A stretch of DNA of 64,000 nucleotides from an uncultured Subdoligranulum sp. (GTDB lineage: Bacteria; Bacillota; Clostridia; Oscillospirales; Ruminococcaceae). The translations under genes and the position numbers were made by a program. The stretch covers positions 548,481 through 612,480 of the forward strand of contig NZ_OZ007030.1 in the NCBI RefSeq assembly GCF_963931595.1, in the 5' to 3' direction. The notes under the pieces are model-generated. The model was not told the origin of the DNA. It saw only the letters and a list, made by a program, of their open reading frames with translations, and did no database searches. Numbering within the stretch: the first letter of the stretch is position 1; every line of letters begins with the position of its first letter. Shown here one piece after another: positions 36,133 to 44,617 of the stretch.

Positions 36133-37098
36133 TCAGTATTTGGGTTTGGTGTCATCCGTCGGGGGAGCGGAAGGGGCCGGCGGTGTGCCGTAAGCGGCCG
36201 GACCGGAAGGGGGCGAAGCCGGTTTGGGAGGGCGGGGATGCCGGACGCGATGGCGGCGGGCCAGGGCGCGGACGACCAGCACCACGATCACCGCCAGAAG
36301 CAGCAGCGGCCACAGGTAGACCAGCGTCAGCACCAGCCCCTGCAGGAAGAGAACAAAGCCGCTCCAGCCGCCCCGGAACGCCTCGGCCAACCGGCCGGGG
36401 AAGGTGGTGGCGGTGGGGGTCAGGGTGGCGACCTCCCGCAGGGAGATGTCCACGGTGGAGTAGGTGACCTGCCCGCTCAGCGTGCGCATCTGCCGGGTGT
36501 AGCTTTCCAGCTGGTACTGCACGTCGGAGAGCTGGCTCTCGATCTCCAGCAGGTCGGCGGTGGTCTCCGCCTGGGCCGCCAGCTCGTTGAGCCGGTCGCG
36601 CTGGTTCTCCAGGGAATCCAGCCGCGCCTGCAGATCAATGTAGTCGCTGGTGACGTTCTCGGCGTTCTCCTCCAGGTTCAAAACGCTGCCGCTCTCCCCG
36701 GCCTGGGCCAGGAAGGCGCTGTAGTTATCCACCGGAACCCGCACGGTGTAGCTGGCGCGGCGGTCGCGGTCCTCGGCGCTGCCGCTGAGCTGGCTGTACT
36801 CCAGCCAGGCGCCGTTGGCATCCACCGCCGCCAGCAGGGTGTCCCGGGCAGCATCAAAATCGGTGGACTCCAGGGAAAGAGTGGCGCGGTAGATGATCTT
36901 CTGGGCCGTCTCATCGGTGGCGGTACCCTCGGGCAGCAGGGCACTCTCGGCACCGCCGGCCTCCTGGGCCATGGCGGCGTCGCTGCTCATCTCGTAGGTG
37001 GCGGCGGAACTGGTGGCGCTGCCGCCGCTGGAGCCGCAGCCGGCCAGCAGGAAGGCGGCCAGCAGAGCGGCCCCCAGGCGGGAAACTTTTCGTTTCAT
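36133..37098 (-). CDS. DUF4349 domain lipoprotein
   Basis: Lipobox LLAGC, KIIYRATLSLES, YTVRVP, ENVTSDYIDLQARL, QVTYSTVDISL, C-terminal TM. Confidence 0.85.
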   Translation of the reverse strand: MKRKVSRLGAALLAAFLLAGCGSSGGSATSSAATYEMSSDAAMAQEAGGAESALLPEGTATDETAQKIIYRATLSLESTDFDAARDTLLAAVDANGAWLEYSQLSGSAEDRDRRASYTVRVPVDNYSAFLAQAGESGSVLNLEENAENVTSDYIDLQARLDSLENQRDRLNELAAQAETTADLLEIESQLSDVQYQLESYTRQMRTLSGQVTYSTVDISLREVATLTPTATTFPGRLAEAFRGGWSGFVLFLQGLVLTLVYLWPLLLLAVIVVLVVRALARRHRVRHPRPPKPASPPSGPAAYGTPPAPSAPPTDDTKPKY

Positions 37099-37257
37099 CG
37101 GTAAACCTCCTCTCGCAAGGGCATACAGCCCGTACCGTTTCTTCTGTGGTTTCAGTATACCATAAAAAGCGGGCGCAGAAAATGACAGCTTGCCAACAAA
37201 ATGGCAACAAAAAAGGAACAGACTGAACACTTCAGCCTGTTCATTACAAAGCCGCGA

Positions 37258-38505
37258 TTAGTCCGCTTTCTGTCCCAGCAGCTTGAGGTCGTCGTTGTCG
37301 GCAAAGGCGACGGCGGCGTAGCCGGCCGCTTCCAGCGCGCCGAACTGCTTGCCCAGCTTTTTGGCCTGGGGCAGTACTGTCACGTCGTAGTCGGCGCGCA
37401 GCGTCTGGGCCTTGGCCAGCACGTCGGCGAAGTCGGCGTCCTTGCAGTAGAGCAGCGCCAGCCGCGGTTTGGCGCCGGGAATCTGGTAGCCCTGCTCCAG
37501 CAGAATGCCGCAGACCCGCTCGAAGCCGATGGAAAAGCCCACCGCCGGCACCTGCTGGCCGATGAACTTGCCCACCATGTTGTCGTACCGGCCGCCGCCG
37601 GCCACCGCACCGCTGAACTGCGGGCAGGTGACTTCAAACACCATGCCGGTGTAGTAGCCCTGGCCGCGCACCAGGCTGGGGGCGTAGGCAATGCCATACC
37701 GCCCGCCGGCAATCTTCTCGCTGGTGGCGATGACATACCGCAGATCGGCGGTGAGGGCCTCGTCGTCCACCTTGGCGGCCACGGTGTCCAGGCTGAAGTC
37801 ACCGACGCGCAGGAACTCGTCCAGCGCCGCCACGGCCTCGGGAGTAAAGCCCTTCTCGGTCAGCTCGTTCTTCACGCCGTCGGCGCCGATCTTGTCCAGC
37901 TTGTCGAAGCTGATGCAGACCGAATCCAGATCTTCGGCGGCAAAGCCCATCTTCTCCAGCATGGCCCGCAGGATGCGCCGGTCATTGATGTTGACGGTGA
38001 AGCCCGTGAAGCCGATGGTCAGCAGCGCCCGGGCGGTCACGTCGATGAGCTCCACTTCAGCGTTGGGGCTGGAATCCCCCAGAATGTCGATGTCGCACTG
38101 GACAAACTCCCGCAGGCGACCCTTCTGGGGACGCTCGGCGCGGTAGACGCGGTCGGTTTGGATGACCTTGAAGGGGGTGGGCAGCTCGTTGCGGTTGGCC
38201 GCATAGTAGCGGGAGAGCGGCAGCGTCAGGTCATAGCGCAGACCCATGTCGGACAGCTGCTTTTCGTCGCCGGTGGCCAGCGCCTTTTCCAGCTTGTCGC
38301 CGCGCTTGAGCACCTTGAAGATCAGGTTGAGGTTGTCGCCGCCGTCGCTCTTGTCCAGGTTCTCCATGTCCTCCAGGATGGGGGTGGAGATGCGCTGGAA
38401 ACCGGCGGCGCGGTAGGTGGCCAGGATCTGGCCCTGGATATAGTCGCGAAGAGCCTGCTCACGGGGCAGCAGATCGCGCATGCCTTTTAACGGCTGGGTT
38501 TTCAT
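37258..38505 (-). CDS. hisS: Histidine-tRNA ligase
   Basis: LKGMRD, LRYDLT, RAERPQKGRLREFVQCD, LVRGQGYYTG, GGGRYD, GFSIGFER. Confidence 0.96.
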   Translation of the reverse strand: MKTQPLKGMRDLLPREQALRDYIQGQILATYRAAGFQRISTPILEDMENLDKSDGGDNLNLIFKVLKRGDKLEKALATGDEKQLSDMGLRYDLTLPLSRYYAANRNELPTPFKVIQTDRVYRAERPQKGRLREFVQCDIDILGDSSPNAEVELIDVTARALLTIGFTGFTVNINDRRILRAMLEKMGFAAEDLDSVCISFDKLDKIGADGVKNELTEKGFTPEAVAALDEFLRVGDFSLDTVAAKVDDEALTADLRYVIATSEKIAGGRYGIAYAPSLVRGQGYYTGMVFEVTCPQFSGAVAGGGRYDNMVGKFIGQQVPAVGFSIGFERVCGILLEQGYQIPGAKPRLALLYCKDADFADVLAKAQTLRADYDVTVLPQAKKLGKQFGALEAAGYAAVAFADNDDLKLLGQKAD

Positions 38506-38540
38506 CGGGAAGGACTCCTTACACTTTATAGAATGGTATC

Positions 38541-38569
38541 ATGATAAACTTCCCGCCGCATTTTGTCAA
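38541..38569 (-). promoter_or_regulatory. Sigma-A promoter of hisS
   Basis: TTGACA-17-TATCAT on the minus strand. Confidence 0.7.
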
Positions 38570-38610
38570 TGCAAACCGGCCATACTGAAAGGGCAGGGGA
38601 GGGATCTTTT

Positions 38611-39765
38611 GTGGAAAAACAAAACCGTGGACCGTACATTCTGGCGGCCGGGGCAGGGGTACAGCTGCTCACCGGCATCCCGGCGGCATGGGGGGCCTTT
38701 CAGCGGCCGGTCATGCAGGGGTACGGCCTGTCCCGCGGGCAGGCCATGCTGGTCTTTGCGGTGCTGGTGGCCTCCTACGGCGTGGGCTGTGCGGCGGGCG
38801 GCCTTCTGCAGGACCGCCGCGGCCCCCGCACGGCCGGGCTGTGGGGCACCGGGCTGCTGGCGGGAGGATTCCTGGCCGCCGCCCTGGTGCCGCCCGGCAA
38901 TGCGCCCCTCTTCCTGCTGGCCTACAGCCTGCCGGCGGGGGTGGGCAGCGCCTTTCTGGCCCCGGCGGTACTGGCCTGCGCCCAGAAATGGTACCAGACC
39001 AAAAAAGGATGGGCCACCGGCGTGACCGGGGTGGCCATGGGACTTTCCGGCGCATTTTATACACTGTTTGTCCGTCTGGTGGCCGGGCATTGGGGCGTCC
39101 GGGTCTGCTTCGCGGCGCTGGGCCTGCTGATGCTGGCGGTCTGCGGCAGCGGCGCGGCCATCCTGCAGGACCCGCCCGCCGCAGGGCAGGGGGAAGCCTT
39201 ACAGGGACTGGACCGCAAGCAGATGATCCGCACCCCCCAGTACAAACTCTGCATGGCGGCGGTGGCTCTCAGCGCCCCGCCGGTGCTGCTCTTCAGCCCC
39301 GAAATCTACACCATCGCCGCCGACCGTGGCCTGCCGGAAAACTTTGTGCCCTTCAGCATCGTGCTGGGTTCGGCGGCCAGCGCGGCGGGACGGCTGCTCT
39401 GCCCGGCGGGCAGCGACCACTGGGGCCGCAAGCGGGTGCTGTACGCCGTCTACCTGGGCCTGGCGGCGGGTTCCGCCTGGTTCGCCTTTGCCCGGGAAGG
39501 CTGGGTGCTGGCCTCCTATGCCTTGCTCACCTTCTTCTACTCGGGCGGTGCCGCCGTGCAGCCCGCCCTCAACACCGATCTGTTCGGTCTGCGCCATGCG
39601 GGGGTCAATTACGGCTTCATTGCCCTGGGCATGAGCGCCGGCAGTCTGTTGAGCTATCTCGGCAGCCAGGCTCTGCCGCTGTCGGCACGGCACTGGCTGG
39701 CGGGAGGCTGCGCCCTGGTGGGGTTATTCTGTGTACGTCTTGTAAAACCTGTGGCAAAATCTTGA
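38611..39765 (+). CDS. MFS transporter, OFA (oxalate/formate antiporter)-like
   Basis: GGLLQDRRGPR motif A, QKWY..KKGWATG, AGRLLCPAGSDHWGRK, DLFGLRHAGVNYG; ~12 TMs. Confidence 0.85.
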   Translation: MEKQNRGPYILAAGAGVQLLTGIPAAWGAFQRPVMQGYGLSRGQAMLVFAVLVASYGVGCAAGGLLQDRRGPRTAGLWGTGLLAGGFLAAALVPPGNAPLFLLAYSLPAGVGSAFLAPAVLACAQKWYQTKKGWATGVTGVAMGLSGAFYTLFVRLVAGHWGVRVCFAALGLLMLAVCGSGAAILQDPPAAGQGEALQGLDRKQMIRTPQYKLCMAAVALSAPPVLLFSPEIYTIAADRGLPENFVPFSIVLGSAASAAGRLLCPAGSDHWGRKRVLYAVYLGLAAGSAWFAFAREGWVLASYALLTFFYSGGAAVQPALNTDLFGLRHAGVNYGFIALGMSAGSLLSYLGSQALPLSARHWLAGGCALVGLFCVRLVKPVAKS

Positions 39766-39833
39766 AATGGAGCGCTGGAACGTGTACACTATATAAGTTA
39801 TCCCTTTTTGCAACCGATTCCAAAGGAGGACCC

Positions 39834-41498
39834 ATGCAGCAAACCCAACAGCTGCGGCAGCTCGCAGCGCGCTCCGCCACCGCCTTTCTGCTGGCGGTGC
39901 TCTGCGTCTACCCGTTGTACATCGATAAATTTTCCAACCTGGGCGTCGTCAAGTTCACCGGCGTATGCACCCTCTCCTGGGCGTTCTGCCTCTGGCTGGG
40001 GGCGCTGGCCCTGGTGGGCGCCGTGCCCCGCCCGGGGCGCCTGCCCGCCCGGGACACCACTCTCTGGTCACTGGGGGCCTTCGTGCTGACGACGCTGGTC
40101 TCCACGGCCGGGTCCCTGTCGCCCACGGCCTCCTTCTGGGGGCTGGGCGGCTACTACGGCGGCCTTATGATGGTGCTGTTCACGGCGGCCGGCTACCTGG
40201 CGGTGCGCGCCTTTGCCCCCCAGGGCATCCTGAACGGCCTGACCTTCTGTGTGGGCATCACCACCGCCATCGTCACGGTGCTCTATGTGCTCAACATCTT
40301 CAACATTGACCTCATCGGCACCTACGCCAACACGGCCGTGGTGGAGCGGGCCCAGTTCTTCTCCACACTGGGACAGAAAAATTTCAACTCCGGCTTCATG
40401 GCCCTGGCGCTGCCGCTGGTTTTTTATGCCTTTCTGGTGGCCCGCGGGGTACGGCATACCCTGTTCTATGGCGTGCCGGCCTTCTTCGGCGGGCTGGCTC
40501 TGGCGGTGGTGGATGCCGAAGGCCTGGCCCTGGGCATCGGCGCGGCGGTGCTGGTGCTGATCTGCCAGAAGATGTTCACCACCCGCACGCTGCGGCGGAT
40601 GGCGGTGATCGGCGCCTTCTTCTTCTTCCACGCCGGATGGATGCAGTACATGCGCACCCATGTGTATACCCAGGGCGGCAAACCCATGCTGGCGGCGCTG
40701 GGCCACATGGGGCTGGAGGGCCTGGCCGTCTGCACAATCCTGTGGGCGGTACTGCGGTTTGGCCTGCACGGGCGGGAGATCCCCCTCTGGAAGGCCGGCC
40801 GGGTGGTGGCGGCGGTGGCTGTCACCGCCATCGTGCTGCTCTACGCTCTGGCCAACTTCTGGCCGGGTTTCCCCAGTCTGGGCCGGCTGGATGACATCCT
40901 GGTCATCAACGACGACTGGGGCACCTACCGGGGCACCGCCTGGCGGATCACCTGGAGCACCTGGCTGGATCAGCCGCTGTGGCGCAAGATCCTCGGGGTG
41001 GGTACCGGCATGATGCACACCGCCATGATGGCCTGGGCGGGCAGCGATGTGACCGAGCGGATGAAAACCTTCTATGCGGCCCACAATGAGTATCTGGAAC
41101 AGCTGCTCACCACCGGGCTGCTGGGGCTGGCGGCCTGGGTATGGTTTGCCGTCTCCCACCTGCGGTGTGCTGCCAAAAACTGGCTGCGGCCCGGCGTGGC
41201 GCCGATGACGCTGGCCCTGGTCAGCTACCTGGCCCACGCGATCGTGTCCATCCGGGTGTCCATGATCTTCCCCGAAGTGATGCTGCTCTTTGCACTGCTG
41301 ACGGTCTTCTGCCGTCCGCCCGAGACGGAGGACCACCCCGCCGAAAAGCCCCGCCACGGTAAAGGGAAAAAGGCAAAGCCGGAAACACAGCCCGCCCCGG
41401 GGCTTGTGCGGCTGTGGGCCCCGCCCGCTGCGGCGGCCATCCTGATGATGGCGGTGTGTGGCGCGGCATCCCGGGTGATCTTCGGGTTCCTGTTTTGA
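39834..41498 (+). CDS. O-antigen ligase (WaaL/Wzy_C)-family membrane protein
   Basis: STLGQKNF, WGTYRGTAWRITW, GVGTG, AAHNEYLEQLLTTGLLG. ATG 39834 follows an AAGGAGG RBS. Confidence 0.82.
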   Translation: MQQTQQLRQLAARSATAFLLAVLCVYPLYIDKFSNLGVVKFTGVCTLSWAFCLWLGALALVGAVPRPGRLPARDTTLWSLGAFVLTTLVSTAGSLSPTASFWGLGGYYGGLMMVLFTAAGYLAVRAFAPQGILNGLTFCVGITTAIVTVLYVLNIFNIDLIGTYANTAVVERAQFFSTLGQKNFNSGFMALALPLVFYAFLVARGVRHTLFYGVPAFFGGLALAVVDAEGLALGIGAAVLVLICQKMFTTRTLRRMAVIGAFFFFHAGWMQYMRTHVYTQGGKPMLAALGHMGLEGLAVCTILWAVLRFGLHGREIPLWKAGRVVAAVAVTAIVLLYALANFWPGFPSLGRLDDILVINDDWGTYRGTAWRITWSTWLDQPLWRKILGVGTGMMHTAMMAWAGSDVTERMKTFYAAHNEYLEQLLTTGLLGLAAWVWFAVSHLRCAAKNWLRPGVAPMTLALVSYLAHAIVSIRVSMIFPEVMLLFALLTVFCRPPETEDHPAEKPRHGKGKKAKPETQPAPGLVRLWAPPAAAAILMMAVCGAASRVIFGFLF

Positions 41499-41549
41499 GA
41501 AAAAGGGGAAAACGGGCGAAAAAACAAGGAGTTAGCTTTTGCTAACATC

Positions 41550-41578
41550 TTGCAAAACGCACGGCGACCCTTTATAAT
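41550..41578 (+). promoter_or_regulatory. Sigma-A promoter of the IscU-like/GGGtGRT operon
   Basis: TTGCAA-17-TATAAT. Confidence 0.8.
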
Positions 41579-41624
41579 AAACTTAGCTGTGAAAAGCCTA
41601 ACAATATGCAAAGGAGAGAAAATT

Positions 41625-42329
41625 ATGATCGAATACTCCGCACAGGTCAATAACATGTGCCCGATCACAAAAGGGCCCAAGCACGGTCCCGCGCCCATTC
41701 CCGAAGAGGGCGAATGGGTAAAGGCCTATAAAATTGAGGACATCAGCGGCTATACCCACGGCGTGGGCTGGTGCGCTCCTCAGCAGGGCACCTGCAAGCT
41801 CAGCCTGAACATCAAGAACGGCATCATCGAGGAAGCCCTGGTCGAGACCATCGGCTGCTCCGGCATGACCCACTCCGCCGCCATGGCCGGTGAGATCCTG
41901 CCCGGCAAGACCATTCTGGAAGCGCTGAACACCGACCTGGTGTGCGATGCCATCAACGTGGCCATGCGTGAGCTGTTCCTGCAGATCGTCTACGGCCGCA
42001 GCCAGACCGCTTTCTCCGAGAACGGCCTGCCCATCGGCGCCGGCCTGGATGACCTGGGCAAGGGTCTGCGCAGCATGACCGGCACCATTTTCTCCACCAA
42101 GGCCAAGGGCGTTCGTTACCTCGAACTGACCGAGGGCTACATCCTCCAGACCGCTCTCGACAAGGACAACCAGGTCATCGGCTACAAGTTTGTCCACCTG
42201 GGCAAGATGATGGACGCCATCCGTCACGGCACCGATCCCAAGACCGCCTACGAGAAGAACATCGGTACCTACGGCCGCTTCAGCGCCGAGCAGGGTGCTG
42301 TCAAGTGGATCGACCCGCGTGAAGAATAA
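41625..42329 (+). CDS. IscU/NifU-N-like protein (partner of GGGtGRT)
   Basis: GVGWCAPQQG, ETIGCSGMTHSAAMA and LVCDAI give three IscU-like Cys; ~110-aa C-terminal extension. Confidence 0.82.
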   Translation: MIEYSAQVNNMCPITKGPKHGPAPIPEEGEWVKAYKIEDISGYTHGVGWCAPQQGTCKLSLNIKNGIIEEALVETIGCSGMTHSAAMAGEILPGKTILEALNTDLVCDAINVAMRELFLQIVYGRSQTAFSENGLPIGAGLDDLGKGLRSMTGTIFSTKAKGVRYLELTEGYILQTALDKDNQVIGYKFVHLGKMMDAIRHGTDPKTAYEKNIGTYGRFSAEQGAVKWIDPREE

Positions 42330-42349
42330 GAGAGGGAGGAACAGATACT

Positions 42350-43348
42350 ATGGCTACTTTTGAATCCCAAGAGCGCCGGATGCCCAAAATTAACGAGTGC
42401 CTGAAAGCCAACGGCCTCGAGTCTCTGGACGCCTGCAACGAAATGCTCCTTGCCAAGGGCATCGACTGCGACAAGATCGTTCGCGGCGTTCAGCCCATCT
42501 GCTTTGATAACGCTGTCTGGGCTTACACCCTGGGCACCGCCATCGCTGTCAAGCGCGGCCTGAAGAGCGCCGCCGACTGCGCCGCCGCCATCGGCGAGGG
42601 CCTGGAAGCCTTCACCGTGCCCGGCTCCGTTGCCGAGCAGCGTCATGTCGGCCTGGGCCATGGCAACCTGGGCGCCATGCTGCTGCATGAGGACACCCAT
42701 TGCTTCTGCTTCCTGGCCGGCCACGAGTCCTTCGCTGCCGCCGAGGGCGCCATCGGCATTGCCCGCACCGCCAATAAGGTCCGCAAGGAGCCCCTGCGTG
42801 TTATCCTGAACGGCCTGGGCAAGGACGCTGCCATGATCATCAGCCGTATCAACGGCTTCACCTACGTCAAGACTGATTTCGACTTCAAGACCGGCGAGGT
42901 CAAGGTTGTCGAGACCACTCCGTACTCCGATGGCGAGCGCGCTGCCGTCAAGTGCTACGGCGCCAACGACGTTCTGGAAGGCGTTGCCATCATGAAGATG
43001 GAGGGTGTTGAGGTTTCCATCACCGGTAACTCCACCAACCCCACCCGCTTCCAGCACCTGGTGGCCGGCACCTACAAGAAGTGGGCCATCGAGAACGGCA
43101 AGAAGTACTTCTCCGTCGCTTCCGGCGGCGGCACGGGCCGTACCCTGCATCCCGACAACGTGGCTGCCGGCCCCGCTTCCTACGGTCTGACCGACTCCAT
43201 GGGCCGTATGCACGGCGATGCCCAGTTCGCTGGCTCCTCCTCCGTGCCTGCCCACGTTGAGATGATGGGTCTGATCGGCGCCGGCAACAACCCGATGGTC
43301 GGCATGACCGTCGCCTGCGCGGTTGCCGCTGCTCAGGCCAACGCCTGA
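42350..43348 (+). CDS. GGGtGRT-family protein, unknown function
   Basis: Signature SGGGTGRTLHPDN, AGHESFAAAEGAI, ITGNSTNPTRF. Confidence 0.93.
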   Translation: MATFESQERRMPKINECLKANGLESLDACNEMLLAKGIDCDKIVRGVQPICFDNAVWAYTLGTAIAVKRGLKSAADCAAAIGEGLEAFTVPGSVAEQRHVGLGHGNLGAMLLHEDTHCFCFLAGHESFAAAEGAIGIARTANKVRKEPLRVILNGLGKDAAMIISRINGFTYVKTDFDFKTGEVKVVETTPYSDGERAAVKCYGANDVLEGVAIMKMEGVEVSITGNSTNPTRFQHLVAGTYKKWAIENGKKYFSVASGGGTGRTLHPDNVAAGPASYGLTDSMGRMHGDAQFAGSSSVPAHVEMMGLIGAGNNPMVGMTVACAVAAAQANA

Positions 43349-43375
43349 TCTCCTTTGTAAACTGCATACTGACTG

Positions 43376-43410
43376 GCCGCCGCCCGGCTCTGCGCCGGGC
43401 GGCGGCTTTT
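43376..43410 (+). terminator. Terminator after GGGtGRT
   Basis: 13-bp IR GCCGCCGCCCGGC/GCCGGGCGGCGGC followed by TTTT. Confidence 0.82.
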
Positions 43411-43444
43411 GCTTTTGAAAGATTTGTAAACTCTTGTGCAATAC

Positions 43445-43473
43445 TTGCCCCGGCGGGATGCAGGGTGTATAAT
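43445..43473 (+). promoter_or_regulatory. Sigma-A promoter of the WYL gene
   Basis: TTGCCC-17-TATAAT with TG. Confidence 0.72.
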
Positions 43474-43509
43474 AGGACTGTATATGTGAAAATGCGGGAG
43501 GGGTGTGCC

Positions 43510-44505
43510 ATGCCACGCAAAGAAGGTCAAAAACGCAAACTGCTTGTCCTTTTGGAGATCCTGGCCCGGGAGACGGACGAAAAGCATCCGTTGAGCGTGC
43601 CGCAGCTGGTGGAAAAGCTGCAGGAACACGGCATTGAGGCCGAGCGCAAGAGTGTCTACGGCGATCTGAACACCCTGAACAGCCTGCCCGATGCCCCCTA
43701 CGAGATCGTGCAGCTGCGCGGCCGCGGCGGCGGCTACTATATGACCGATGTGCTGTTTGAGCTGGCCGAACTCAAACTGCTGGTGGATGCCGTCTACGCC
43801 AGCAAGTTCATCACGGCCCGGAAATCCAAGACACTGATCGACAAGCTGGGACAGTTCACCTCGCGCTACCGCCAGGCGGAGCTGGACCGTAAAGTGCTGG
43901 TCAGCGGCCGGATCAAGAGTACCGACGAGAAGATCCTCTACACGGTGGACGCGCTGCACACGGCCATCACGGCGGGGGAGCAGGTCCAGTTCAAATATTG
44001 CGAGTGGAGCATGGAGAAAAATATGGTGCCGCGCCACGACGGCCAGCTCTACCAGGTCAGTCCCTGGGTGCTGGTGTGGGAGAACGGCAACTACTATCTC
44101 ATCGCCTACACCGAGGGCCGCCTCAAGCACTACCGGGTGGACAAGATGCAGAATGTGCATCAGCTGGCCGGCAGCAAGCGGGAAGGTGCCGCCGAGTACG
44201 CCGAGTTTGATGTGAACACCTACATGCAGCAGATGTTCGGCATGTTCAACGGCCCGCTGAAAAAGGTGACGCTGCTGTGTGAAAACCGGTTTGCCGGGGC
44301 GATGATCGACCGCTTCGGCACCGGGCCGATCCTCAATCCCTGCGAGGACGGGGAACACTTTACCATGACGGTGGAAATCCAGGTCAGCCCCCAGTTCTTC
44401 GGCTGGGTGGCGGGCTTTGGCACCGGCGTGGTGGTGGCGGGGCCGCCGGAGGTCCGCGCCGAGATGAAAAAGACGCTGGATCGGCTGCAGGAGCTCTATC
44501 GCTGA
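43510..44505 (+). CDS. HTH-WYL-WCX transcriptional regulator
   Basis: N-terminal wHTH (ERKSVYGDL), VSPWVLVWENGNYYLIAY (WYL), YRVDKM, FFGWVAGFG (WCX). Confidence 0.92.
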   Translation: MPRKEGQKRKLLVLLEILARETDEKHPLSVPQLVEKLQEHGIEAERKSVYGDLNTLNSLPDAPYEIVQLRGRGGGYYMTDVLFELAELKLLVDAVYASKFITARKSKTLIDKLGQFTSRYRQAELDRKVLVSGRIKSTDEKILYTVDALHTAITAGEQVQFKYCEWSMEKNMVPRHDGQLYQVSPWVLVWENGNYYLIAYTEGRLKHYRVDKMQNVHQLAGSKREGAAEYAEFDVNTYMQQMFGMFNGPLKKVTLLCENRFAGAMIDRFGTGPILNPCEDGEHFTMTVEIQVSPQFFGWVAGFGTGVVVAGPPEVRAEMKKTLDRLQELYR

Positions 44506-44534
44506 TTGCAAACCGGGGCAAAATATGGTATGCT
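44506..44534 (+). promoter_or_regulatory. Sigma-A promoter of the glycosylation operon
   Basis: TTGCAA-17-TATGCT with an extended TG, starting one base after the WYL stop. Confidence 0.7.
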
Positions 44535-44617
44535 GATATGATACGCTCCCCGCGTGGCAGCGGCAGGAAGGACCGCCCCGGCGGTCGGCAACCAATCTCG
44601 TAAGGAGGGCACCTCCG

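Noticed and set aside
38688-39833. Apparent 936-aa fusion ORF 38688-41498
   Set aside because: The first 382 codons are an off-frame overlap of the MFS gene. A strong AAGGAGG RBS and ATG at 39834 define the real O-antigen-ligase-like CDS.
43424-43441. Rex-like box TTGTAAA-N4-TGTGCAA
   Set aside because: The second arm matches only 4/7 of TTCACAA; too weak.
44580-44588. ops/JUMPstart-like GGCGGTCGG in the glycosylation leader
   Set aside because: Mismatches the GGCGGTAG core, and no RfaH/UpxY-type gene is in the window; it is more simply one arm of a small hairpin.
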